From Candidatus Latescibacterota bacterium (GTDB taxonomy: Bacteria; Latescibacterota; UBA2968; UBA8231), in contig CBDETK010000013.1 of NCBI GenBank assembly GCA_965242865.1, positions 2,144,001-2,208,000 on the forward strand: a DNA stretch of 64,000 nucleotides, in the 5' to 3' direction. The position numbers were made by a program, and so were the translations under genes. Every line of letters begins with the position of its first letter. Positions within the stretch are counted from its first letter, which is position 1. Of the stretch, positions 10,597 through 20,160 are shown piece by piece. Under the pieces are notes generated by a model. It worked only from the letters and a program-made list of their open reading frames with translations, made no database searches and was not told the DNA's origin.

Positions 10597-12870
10597 TTAA
10601 TGTCGGTGCTCGGCCCGTTTTGAAGGTTCGCGCTTGAACTCAAAAGAGGGCAACGCCAAAACCTCCAGTTGGTCGCGGCCCTCAACGACCCGGACGATCG
10701 CGTTCGACGGCACCTCGTCAAACGCCTGCGCTAGGCCGCTTTTCGGCCAAAAAACCGCTAGCTGCGCCACCCGTTCGGCCGAACCCAACCCCACGTACTG
10801 ACGTAGCGGATTGCCGCCAAAACTGCCGCCGCTGCCCACCCATCGGTATAGGGACCGCCGTTGGCCGCCCTCCACCACATCGACCCGTAGCTGCGTCCCG
10901 ATCCCCGACCGATTCGATTCCACCCCGACGACCTCAATGGCGAGCCAGCCGCGCCCAAACCCCGGGTTCTCATACAGCACATCGGCGAACCCATCGCCGC
11001 GATAGGCCCCGCCCATCTGCTCAAATAGGTCTAAGTCGCCGTCGTGGTCCACATCGGCAAACGAGACCCCATGCCCCTTTTGCAGATGCCCCAATCCGCT
11101 GGCAAAAGTCACATCGACAAAGCGCTGACCCGCTTGGTTCCAATACAGCACATTGGGCATCAACTCGGCGTAATCGGTATCGCCGGTGCCCAAGTAGAAA
11201 TCCAAAAACCCGTCGCTATCTACATCGCCGAAATTGGCCCCCATCGGTTTGGTCGGCTGCGCGAGGTGGCGGCCTTGGGGCACGTCTGCAAAGCCGCCTT
11301 GGCCATCGCCGCGATACAGCCGCGCCTTCTCCACGGACGCTGGCTGGCCCATGTACGCGGCGGCAATGTCGGCGACGGTGCCGGCGTAGGCGGCCACGAA
11401 CAGGTCGAGGTGCCCGTCGTTGTCGAAGTCCCAAAACCAAGCTGGGAAGCTAGCGCGAGGAGTGACGACGCCAGCGTTGGGGGCCACATCCACGAAGGTC
11501 CCGTCGCCTTGATTGCGGTAGAGTCGATTGGGCTGCCCGAGGTTGGACACGTACAGGTCGGGCCAGCGATCCCCGTCGTAGTCGCCCCAGACGACAGCCT
11601 TGGCGTGGGCGTATTGGTCAACGCCGGCGGCCGGGGCCACATCTACAAAGGTCCCGTCGCCTTGGTTTTGCCAGAGTTGGCCGGGGGCTACAAAGGTGTC
11701 GGTGGTTTCGTTGCCGATGTAGAGGTCGAGGTCGCCATCGAGGTCGTAGTCGCCCCAGGCGGCGGTTTGGGTTGGGTAGTGGTCTTGCCCTAAGCCGGCC
11801 GCAAAGGTCGCGTCGAGGAACGTGCCATCGCCCGCATTCCGCAACAGGGAATTGGGGTGCTGGCCGTGCTCGCCGAACCAAGCCCCGCGCAAGACGAGCA
11901 GGTCGAGGTGGTCGTCGTTGTCGTAGTCGGCTTGCACCAAGTTGAGTCCCCCTAACAGCCCGTTGAGGTTGGCGGCCTCGGTCCGGTCCTCAAAAGTGCC
12001 GTCCCCCCCATTGCGAAAAAGGCGCAGTTGGCCACCCAAGTCCGAGGTTGAGACAAAGAAATCGAGGTATCCGTCGCCGTCAAAGTCGTCGGCCACGGCC
12101 CCACCAGAGAGGCTGAAGGTGTCCAGCCCAAGCGCAGGCGCCACATTGACCCAGCGCGGAAACGCCGCTGGGGACTCAAAGGCTTGGGGGGGAAGCCGCT
12201 GAGCGGGCGGCACCGCTTCGGGATACTGCCCCAAGGTCATATAGGCGATGTTGAGCAGCCAGCGGGCACTCAGGCGTAGGCGTTCCTCGGCGGCATGGTC
12301 GAGCACGGCTTGGAAATAGGGGATGGCTTGGCGCGACCCTTCGGGGAGGGAGTGGACGCCGCCGGGACGAATGGGCAGGATGCAATGATCGGCGTTGGGG
12401 TTGAGGACGCAGTTTTGGGTTTCCCCCAAGCGCAGCCACGCCAGCCCGAGGCGAAAGTGGATCTCGTTGACGACCTGAGCCGGGACCGAGTGTTGTCCGG
12501 CGAGCAAGGCTTCGGCCGCAGCGAGATGGTCTAGGGCGCGGCGTTCCCGTCCCAAGAAAAGTTCGGCTAGCCCAAGGCGAAAACGGAGGCGAATTCGCTC
12601 TTGGATAGGGGCTGCATCGGGCAGTGCCTGTAGTTGGTTTTCTAACCGTCGTAGCGGCCCCTCGCCCTGATAGGGGTTGTCGAGGTTTTGCGTACGAACC
12701 TCCGCCAAGAGAGCCACCATTTGCCGATGGCTTTCCTGCGGCGACAGCGCGGCGGCGCAGCTAGCCGAGATCGCAAATAAAACGAGCCATAAATAAGACG
12801 CGAATGGCTGCAAGCCGCCCGCGTTCCGAGGCCCCTCGCCCTCGGGTTGTGATAGGGATTCTAAGTCCAT
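10597..12870 (-). CDS. CRTAC1-family protein (TPR-like + FG-GAP repeats + ASPIC/UnbV)
   Basis: Repeated D(F/Y)DxDGxLD motifs; C-terminal SGGSFGGNPLRQYVGLG..WP; hydrophobic N-terminal segment. Confidence 0.9.
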   Translation of the reverse strand: MDLESLSQPEGEGPRNAGGLQPFASYLWLVLFAISASCAAALSPQESHRQMVALLAEVRTQNLDNPYQGEGPLRRLENQLQALPDAAPIQERIRLRFRLGLAELFLGRERRALDHLAAAEALLAGQHSVPAQVVNEIHFRLGLAWLRLGETQNCVLNPNADHCILPIRPGGVHSLPEGSRQAIPYFQAVLDHAAEERLRLSARWLLNIAYMTLGQYPEAVPPAQRLPPQAFESPAAFPRWVNVAPALGLDTFSLSGGAVADDFDGDGYLDFFVSTSDLGGQLRLFRNGGDGTFEDRTEAANLNGLLGGLNLVQADYDNDDHLDLLVLRGAWFGEHGQHPNSLLRNAGDGTFLDATFAAGLGQDHYPTQTAAWGDYDLDGDLDLYIGNETTDTFVAPGQLWQNQGDGTFVDVAPAAGVDQYAHAKAVVWGDYDGDRWPDLYVSNLGQPNRLYRNQGDGTFVDVAPNAGVVTPRASFPAWFWDFDNDGHLDLFVAAYAGTVADIAAAYMGQPASVEKARLYRGDGQGGFADVPQGRHLAQPTKPMGANFGDVDSDGFLDFYLGTGDTDYAELMPNVLYWNQAGQRFVDVTFASGLGHLQKGHGVSFADVDHDGDLDLFEQMGGAYRGDGFADVLYENPGFGRGWLAIEVVGVESNRSGIGTQLRVDVVEGGQRRSLYRWVGSGGSFGGNPLRQYVGLGSAERVAQLAVFWPKSGLAQAFDEVPSNAIVRVVEGRDQLEVLALPSFEFKREPSKRAEHRH

Positions 12871-12995
12871 TGCATCCCTCCTTGAGCTGTTTTCTCACAA
12901 TAATACGACGAATGTACTCTCTTTGAAAGAGCCAAGTAGTTTTTTATATTGTTCATACCGCTGGTAGATTTCTCGGATGAGATAAGGAGTCGAGG

Positions 12996-13272
12996 ATGTC
13001 AATAATTGACAATGAATTGAAGCGGGTTTGGGATCAGTTGCGGGGAGACAAACCGCATCGGCAAACATTTCTGGAAGAGATTACTATCCGAAATATGCGA
13101 GGTATCACCGACTTGCGGGTTCCGCTGGAATTTCCGGTTACGGTGCTGGCTGGTGAAAACGCCTGTGGTAAGTCCACTGTGTTATTTGGTTGCGCTTGTG
13201 CATATAAAGTGCCCGGCGCAAGCAATAAAGAGTACGTACCGACGACGTTATTTCCCAATTTCACGATAGGAA
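12996..13272 (+). pseudogene. Truncated AAA/OLD-type ATPase N-terminus
   Basis: ITIRNMRGI..VTVLAGENACGKST (Walker A), then an abrupt switch to IS630 sequence. Confidence 0.7.
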
Positions 13273-14063
13273 AGTTAGCCGGCCAATCGCAGCCCTCGGT
13301 GGCGTCGTTCGCTTCCTATATCCAAACGCAGTTTGGCGTGGTATATCGCTCCTCTCAGAGTTATTATGCTCTGCTTTCGCAGGCGGGCTATAGCTGGAAA
13401 AAGACCCAAGCCCGTTCACCCAAAGCCGACCCGCGTCCGGGGATCGCACGGCGAGCCGAGATAAAAAAACTAGCCGTGTATAAGGAGGCACTCCAAGGGG
13501 GGCACCTCAGTGCCTTTTTCGTCGACGAGTCGCACCTACACTGGGGTGATGCTTGTGGATATGCTTGGGGACGACGCGGTCAACGGCGTAGGGTATGTAT
13601 TGAAAACGAACGCCAACGCCAAACCTATTATGGGGCTTTGGATGTGATTAAAGGCACCTTCCTCATGCAAAGCTATCCGCAGGCTAATTCGCAGCATACG
13701 GTGGACTTTATACGCTCTATACAACAGCGTCGTCCCGGTCAACGGTTATTGATTTTTTGGGATGGGGCTTCCTATCATCGTCAACAGGCCATGCGCACCG
13801 TTCTCGAAACGATACAAGCGAACCGACCACCGGAGCAATGGAAGGTATGCTGTATGCGATTGGCCCCTTATACACCGCAAGAAAATCCCGTTGAAGATAT
13901 TTGGTTAAAAGGGAAGACTTTTGTGCGTACCCATGCCTCGTGGACCACAAGCTTTGAACCGATCAAAGACCTGTTTGTCAAGGGAATTCGGCGAAAAAAA
14001 TACTTCCATTTCCCTAAGTTACAGCAATATACAGTATCTCTTAAATGATGTAGGATTGCTATA
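13273..14063 (+). mobile_element. IS630-family element, left end deleted
   Basis: Winged-HTH remnant (YYALL..AGYSWKK), DDE motifs VDES / WDGASYH / NPVEDIW; right end ...GTAGGATTGCTA|TA with TA target inside the methylase gene. Confidence 0.85.
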
Positions 14064-16138
14064 TAGACCAGCAGACCTTGGGCTGGCCTGAGCAACCGGC
14101 AGCCGCGCTCGTAGAAAAGCTGGTAGATGTCGCCAGTGCGGGCGAAGGTTTTGTAGCCAGCGTCCTTGTAGAGCCGCCCCAGTTCGCCGCCGTTTTTCTG
14201 CAACTGAATGTACGGCGGGTTGCCGATCACCACGTCAAACCCGTCGGCAATGCCGAACATATACTCCGCGTCGAACCAATCGGCGTCAGCGTTCTGGTCG
14301 TACGGATCCCATTGCGCGACTTGGTTCGCGGCGGCAGCACTCAGGCTGTGCTGCAACTCGGCGGCCAATTCTTTACGTAGCCGAGCGTCCTGTCGGCGAT
14401 ACGCCAACTTTTGCTTGCGCGTGGTGGCGTGAAAGTGCCGCTCGCGGTTTTCGTTCAGTTCCTGCTCCAGCCGATTCACCGCCCCCGTTTGCCCGAGGGC
14501 CATTTGGGTTGGCTTGTCAAGACTCAACAACGTGTTCGCCGCGACAAAGCGCGTCTCCAAATTCGGCAGCGGCTTGATGCCAAAGTTGTCGGCGGTCTCG
14601 TCGGCCTGCTGCTCTATCGCCAGCGAAATGAAAAAGCGCAGCTTGGCGATCTGACAGGCAATAGGCTGAATATCCACGCCGAAGATGCTGTTCTGAATGA
14701 GATACAACTTGCGCCCAAAGTCGCCCGAATACCGCTCAAAGGTTTCGCTAATTTCCAACAGTTCGGCATCGCGTTCCTGTTGGTCCTTGGTCTCAAAGGC
14801 CGCATCCGCCCTTGCGCTGGCGCGTTCCTTTTGCAGGGCTTGCCAACGCTGGTTGCCGGGATCAATCCGCTGCAACGCCAAGGTCAACTTGTGTAGTACG
14901 CCCATGGGAAACGCGCCGGAACCAACCGCCGGGTCTAGCACCTTGATTTCCGCGATCGCCCACACCACGCCTTCGGCTTCGGTTTCCTCAAAAAGTTCAT
15001 TGGCATCGTCGAAGGCATCTTCGTAATCGAGCAAATAACGCAAACGCGCTTGCCAGTACGCTACGTCGCCATCTTCAGGCTGCGCTTTTTCGGCCAGCGT
15101 CGCGACCAACGCCTCATCTACCATGTAGTCCACCACGGCGCGGGGCGTGTAGTAGGAGCCGGTTTGCTTGCGCGCCGTCTCGCGTGTCTCTGGGTTGTAG
15201 GCCGCCAGTAAGTTTTCAAAAACCTTGCCGAGCAACTCCGGGTCTAGCGCGACCTCCTGCTCTATGGGCGTGTTTTCCTCGACTGTGAACTTGTAGTGAT
15301 TGAACAGCGTGATCAGCCCGTCATCGCCAAAGAACAGGCGGTTGGGGATACTCAACTTTTTGTAATGCACATCGGAGAAGCAGTCGATACGCTAGCCACC
15401 GGAGTCGGTGGCCTCCTCGCTGTCCAAGCAGTCGAACAGGCCGTCGTTGATAAACGGCGTTTGGGCGAACAAGGCCAAGAGTGAGTTGGGATCGCTGATT
15501 TCCCGTTGGTAGCGATAGCGCGAAAAATTGCGGTGCGTAGGTTGCGCTACTTGGCTAAAACCGCGTTGGTCGATCTCGGTGTTCAGGGTGGCGAAAAACA
15601 GGTTTTGTAGCACCGCACGATAATTAGGAATCGCCGCCGTCTGGGTCGTAGTTTTTCAACAGGCCGGCGACTTGCTCCTCGACGAACAGGGCGCCGGCGA
15701 TCAGCCCCTTCTCCTTCATAAACCAGACGAATAACAAGCGGGTAATGAGGCGGATGATGTGCTCTTCGGCCGGCAGGGTTCTAACCTGATCGGTGGGAAA
15801 CTTGGCCTCGCGAACGGCGCGGTAGAACCAAGCGAACAACTCGCGGTAGAACCGCCGATTGAGTCCTTCGGTGTCCAGTTGGTCCAACCAAGCGGCCAGC
15901 AGGCCATCGAAATTGTGCGGCTTATCGTGGGCGTCCATCCACGCCAGCAGATTGGGCAAGGCCAATTCGTCGAGGATGTCCAAGTGTGCGCGGTGCGGAT
16001 CGTCTGCCCGAGCAAGGTGCGCTCGCTCTGATAACCGAGAACGGCCAGCAAGTCTTGTGCGGCCTTGGCGAAATCGCCCTGGGGCATGGCCGCAAGCGCG
16101 GCGCGGACTTCCTCTTTTACGCTCATAGTGGTGCTCAT
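14062..16138 (-). pseudogene. Eco57I-like/type IIG N6-adenine methylase (RM) pseudogene
   Basis: GSYYTP, DPAVGSGAF, GVDI, GNPPY motifs; internal deletion/frameshift ~16010, +1 frameshift ~15624, in-frame TAG 15392-15394, IS630 insertion at ~14062. Confidence 0.88.
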
Positions 16139-17130
16139 CGCCCAACGGTCCTTTGTGCGATCTTCTTCGCCAAATCCCTAAAATCCCGGCGGGCGTCTTT
16201 GGCAGCGGCCGCATGGCTGCCAATCGCACCGTCGGCTGGGGTGAGGTGAAAGATGGGCTTGCGCGCTTCCTGAGCCATCGGCACCAAGCTCCGATAGTGC
16301 TTGACGGTGGCGAGAGCGTGTTCTTCATCCTGCGCTGGCGTCACTGGGTACGGTCCCTTGTTATCGCCGCACAAATTGCGGGCGTATTCTTCCGGCATTC
16401 GATTGACCCACTTGTCATACGCTTTTACAGGCCGCCCCAAGCGTACACCGTGCTGTTGCACCACATAGCCAACGGGCTGCATGGTTCCATCCGGCAATGG
16501 AAAATCCGGTTGCGCCCAGTTATCCTTTCGCCGCTTCCAGTCTTGCCGCCACCGACCCAGCGTCGGCCCGAGGTTGCGCAGCCCTTGGAGCGAAAACAGG
16601 TCGGCACCTAGCGGGACGATGATGTAATCGGTGGCAATCAGCGCGGAGCGGTTAATCGCACCCAGATTGGGGCCGACGTCAGCCAAGATGATCGAGGCAT
16701 TCATCTGTGCGGCCCCGGACTGCACGACGGTCGAGAAGGCCGTCAAAATGCGGAAGGGGCGGTATAGCGTGCTAGAACCCAATGCGTTAGGCCACTCAGA
16801 CGACAGCGTGTCTTCAAATCCGGCCAATGCTAAGTCGCCCGGAATTAGGCACAAGGTAGGGGTAATTTTCGCGAGCGTCGGCTCTTTGATGTCGCCAACT
16901 TGCGTCAGCGGCCGGACGCATTGCAGGATGGTCTTGGTGTCGTCTTCATCCCACAGTTTTTCCAGTTGATCTTCATTTAGAAATGCAGCGGTGAGATTCG
17001 CCTGCGGGTCGAGGTCGCAAGCCAACACCCGATACCCCATGTCGGACAGCATCCACGCCAGATGATAGACGAGCGAGGTCTTACCGACACCGCCCTTGTT
17101 GTTGAAAAAAGTTAAGACGGGAACGGTCAT
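16135..17130 (-). CDS. ParA/Soj-family ATPase
   Basis: NNKGGVGKT, DLDPQANLT, DVGPNLG. Confidence 0.9.
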   Translation of the reverse strand: MTVPVLTFFNNKGGVGKTSLVYHLAWMLSDMGYRVLACDLDPQANLTAAFLNEDQLEKLWDEDDTKTILQCVRPLTQVGDIKEPTLAKITPTLCLIPGDLALAGFEDTLSSEWPNALGSSTLYRPFRILTAFSTVVQSGAAQMNASIILADVGPNLGAINRSALIATDYIIVPLGADLFSLQGLRNLGPTLGRWRQDWKRRKDNWAQPDFPLPDGTMQPVGYVVQQHGVRLGRPVKAYDKWVNRMPEEYARNLCGDNKGPYPVTPAQDEEHALATVKHYRSLVPMAQEARKPIFHLTPADGAIGSHAAAAKDARRDFRDLAKKIAQRTVGR

Positions 17131-18344
17131 CTTTGCGCTCCCCTCGCCTTTACGGTCACCCGCACAAAGTTATCGGAAATATCAAATTCAGGTTCTGGAT
17201 GTCCCGCGGCTTCTAGCTGTCGTTTGGCTATGGGTATTCCTACGCCAAAACGCTGGACAAACCCGAGGGTTTTCATCGCGTCCGCCAGATTTGGATTGCG
17301 ATAGTCAACTAACCCCGGCTTACCAAAGCTGTCGATTGTCACCGACCCAAATGCGCCGCCCGGGCTCAAAACCTCAATGCGGTCATTGAACCAACGGACG
17401 TGAACGGGCGCGTTGGTTCCTTCATAAGTCCTGTGCATCACGGCGTTGCGCGTGATTTGGTGCAATGCGGCCATGGGGTACAGCTCGATTCGCTGTTCGA
17501 GGTAGCTCGTTGTGACATCCACGGCAATGCGATTGTGGGCCGTCAGTTTTTCCTCAAGCTGGCGCAGAAGTTCCGAAATGGCACCGCGCATCTCTTGGGC
17601 ATCGATTATCTCATCTGCGTATTCGCTGCCATTGATTCTGAGGAATTGCACGTAAGCACCCGGCAGAAAATCCTGCGGGTTTTTACCGATTGCGAGGATA
17701 CCCAGCACCGTTGCGGTGGGCTGGTCCGCGGCGACGATCATTTTTGTCGCGGCCAATTGCTCATTCAGGCTGCGGTCGTTCGTCGCTAGTACCTCCTCCG
17801 AAAACGCTTCGGTTAAGTATTCGTTTGCAAACTGAGTCAGGTTGAGGTCGGACAAACCAGCCGTCGGAATCGGCTGGAGGTCGAAAGGTCGGTCGCCGTG
17901 TCGCCGCTTTTCGTTGAGAATCCGCTCGTCTTGGGCTGTGGCGATGCCGCGGCGCGGGCCGGTGCGGATGTGAATAGCACCCTTGAAGCGAACCGGCGGC
18001 GAGTTGGAAGGGTGCACCGCGATCACCGCGACTTCCCTACCTTGCAGCGTGTATTTCGCCACCGTCAGCGAGGGCGGCGGCACGATGTTGCCGTCGGTTT
18101 TCATGTCGGCCAACTGCTGGAGCAACCGATCCGTAACCGCTAGATTGCCTATGGTTCTATCGTCCTTCACCCCTACCAAGACGAGGCCGGGTTTTTCGTG
18201 GCCGGCCAAATCGTTGGCAAAGGCGCAGATCGCTTCCCTAATCCTCGTGGGGGCGTCGCCAGCCAAAGACTCCTTGAACTCGACGCGGTCTGCTTCGCCG
18301 CCGGCGATGATTTGCAGCAGTTCTTCTTCTGTAAAATCTGACAT
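17127..18344 (-). CDS. AlbA_2 (Schlafen-like) + HATPase_c_4 domain protein
   Basis: EADRVEFKE, ICAFAND..G.VLVGVKD; NAVMHRTY, DRIEVLSPG, RNP.LA, G.GIP. Confidence 0.85.
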   Translation of the reverse strand: MSDFTEEELLQIIAGGEADRVEFKESLAGDAPTRIREAICAFANDLAGHEKPGLVLVGVKDDRTIGNLAVTDRLLQQLADMKTDGNIVPPPSLTVAKYTLQGREVAVIAVHPSNSPPVRFKGAIHIRTGPRRGIATAQDERILNEKRRHGDRPFDLQPIPTAGLSDLNLTQFANEYLTEAFSEEVLATNDRSLNEQLAATKMIVAADQPTATVLGILAIGKNPQDFLPGAYVQFLRINGSEYADEIIDAQEMRGAISELLRQLEEKLTAHNRIAVDVTTSYLEQRIELYPMAALHQITRNAVMHRTYEGTNAPVHVRWFNDRIEVLSPGGAFGSVTIDSFGKPGLVDYRNPNLADAMKTLGFVQRFGVGIPIAKRQLEAAGHPEPEFDISDNFVRVTVKARGAQR

Positions 18345-18531
18345 TGCGATTGCTCCACTCAGTCGGTGCGTTTGCTCACAACCAGCCAAGTTCCCAATTC
18401 AAAATCGCCGTTGTTCGTAGCCGGCAGCCTGAAGTCGCGCTGGTCATGAGTGCCCGGTTGATGGAGTTGAGCGACTCGGTCCGTCCCGCCAACATGGATA
18501 ACTACGGCGTTCAACGGTTGGTCGCAACAGG

Positions 18532-20160
18532 CTACATAGTAAGTGTCTTTAGCTCTTGGTAACGCGCCCGATGGCGCAGTTTGCCGAGTGCCCGATTTTT
18601 GAGTTGGCGGATACGCTCGCGTGTTAGATTCATCATGTTGCCAATTTCCTCGAGCGTCAGGGCCTCGTTGCCGTCAAGGCCGAAATAGAGCCGAATAATG
18701 TGCGATTCGCGCTCATCAAGAGTTTTCAAAGCCGTCTCAAGCTGATCCCGTGCCGATTCGCGCAAGATGTTGGCATCAGGAGGATCCGTCGCCTCATCAG
18801 CCAAGGTGTCGAGCAGGCTGCATTCGTCGTTGGTGAAGGACTCGTCAAGCGAACACACGGTACGGGCACTGTGGATAGTCTCTAGAACCTCTTTAACCGG
18901 AACTTCAAGTTCGGCGGCGATTCTCTCTAATCTCTCTTCGGCCAGATTTTCAAACTCTGTGGCGATTTCCTCTATATTATCTGGTTCACTTGCCCGGTCC
19001 TGATCCAGTTTGCGCGAGGCTTTAGCAATATCTCTGAGCAAGCTGACTTTGTTGAGGGGTAAGCGCACGAGGCGCACATGCTCGGCGAGGGTTTGGAGAA
19101 TGGACTGGCGAATCCACCAAACCGCATAGGTAATCAATTTGTGCCCCCTCGCCCCATCGAAGCGGCTAGCCGCGGTAATCAGCCCGAGATTGCCGGCACT
19201 AATCAAGTCAGAGAGGGATAGCCCGAGATTTTGGTATTTCTTGGCCTCGTTAATGACAAAGCGCAAATTCGCCTCGATCATTTCGTCACGTGCATACATG
19301 TCGCCATTTTTGATGCGGTCGGCCAGGTCTGCTTCGCGCTCCCTCGAAAGGGGTGTGGACTCGGCGATATCGTAGAAGTAAAGTCGTAAAGTTTTCTCCT
19401 CCCCTTCTGGGAATTTCTCCTCAAATACCGCCTGTTCAAACCAGTCGAACGTATATCGATAGAACTGCCGGTTGCGCTCTGTGGTATTCAGCTTGGCAAG
19501 CCAAGCGGCCAGCAAACTTTCGCAGTTGTACGGCTTGGCATTGGCATCCATCCACTTGGCGCACTCGGATAGCGACAGATCAGACAGAACGTTAATATGG
19601 GCACGGCGCGGATTCTCCAGAGGAATATTCTTGCTCAACGACGTGACGTGTTCCAGCATGTCACGACTACCGTCGAGTTTGTGAGGACGGCGACCAATAA
19701 CAGCGACGGTCAAGCGTACTCCAGCGCGAAAAAAGACCACAGTTGGCACGATTAGCCGTTTGTCTATCTCCCGCGTAAATTCATCATATACTCCCTGGTC
19801 GTAGTTGTCCTCCTTCAGTTCCACCGCAAAGAAGATAACGCTCTGCTGTCGTCCTTCCTCAAATGAAGCAACCTCAAGCCCAAACGTCTGCTGATTGGTT
19901 GAGACGATTTCATCAATTGTTAGCTGAAAGACGATCCGCACGGATTGGACGTGCTCTCGGAATACCTGTTCAGTCTTGGTATTTGGTTTTTGGGCGGGAA
20001 ACCCGTGGATAAAGTCATCTACGCCACCCGAAAGCTCCAAGGTGCGGTTACTCCGATAGCCGAGGACTTCCAGTAGATCTTTAGTCGCCGCCAGAAAATC
20101 GCTGACAGGTATAGCCGCTAAAGCGGCTTGAATGTCCTCTCTAAGGTCGGCCCTGTTCAT
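18532..20160 (-). CDS. Chimeric protein: RM-methylase N-terminal domain fused to sigma70 regions 1.2-4
   Basis: N-half aligns with the methylase pseudogene N-terminus; C-half has ANLRFV, DLISAGNLGL, YAVWWIRQSI, TLEEIG..LTRERIRQ; ATG 20160 overlaps the helicase stop (ATGA). Confidence 0.88.
   Translation of the reverse strand: MNRADLREDIQAALAAIPVSDFLAATKDLLEVLGYRSNRTLELSGGVDDFIHGFPAQKPNTKTEQVFREHVQSVRIVFQLTIDEIVSTNQQTFGLEVASFEEGRQQSVIFFAVELKEDNYDQGVYDEFTREIDKRLIVPTVVFFRAGVRLTVAVIGRRPHKLDGSRDMLEHVTSLSKNIPLENPRRAHINVLSDLSLSECAKWMDANAKPYNCESLLAAWLAKLNTTERNRQFYRYTFDWFEQAVFEEKFPEGEEKTLRLYFYDIAESTPLSREREADLADRIKNGDMYARDEMIEANLRFVINEAKKYQNLGLSLSDLISAGNLGLITAASRFDGARGHKLITYAVWWIRQSILQTLAEHVRLVRLPLNKVSLLRDIAKASRKLDQDRASEPDNIEEIATEFENLAEERLERIAAELEVPVKEVLETIHSARTVCSLDESFTNDECSLLDTLADEATDPPDANILRESARDQLETALKTLDERESHIIRLYFGLDGNEALTLEEIGNMMNLTRERIRQLKNRALGKLRHRARYQELKTLTM

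Noticed and set aside
13868-14061. C-terminal tail of the 500-aa methylase ORF
   Set aside because: It is read-through into the antisense strand of IS630, not methylase sequence
15392-15394. In-frame TAG as stop-codon recoding
   Set aside because: The same gene has frameshifts and an IS insertion, and TAG terminates many other genes here
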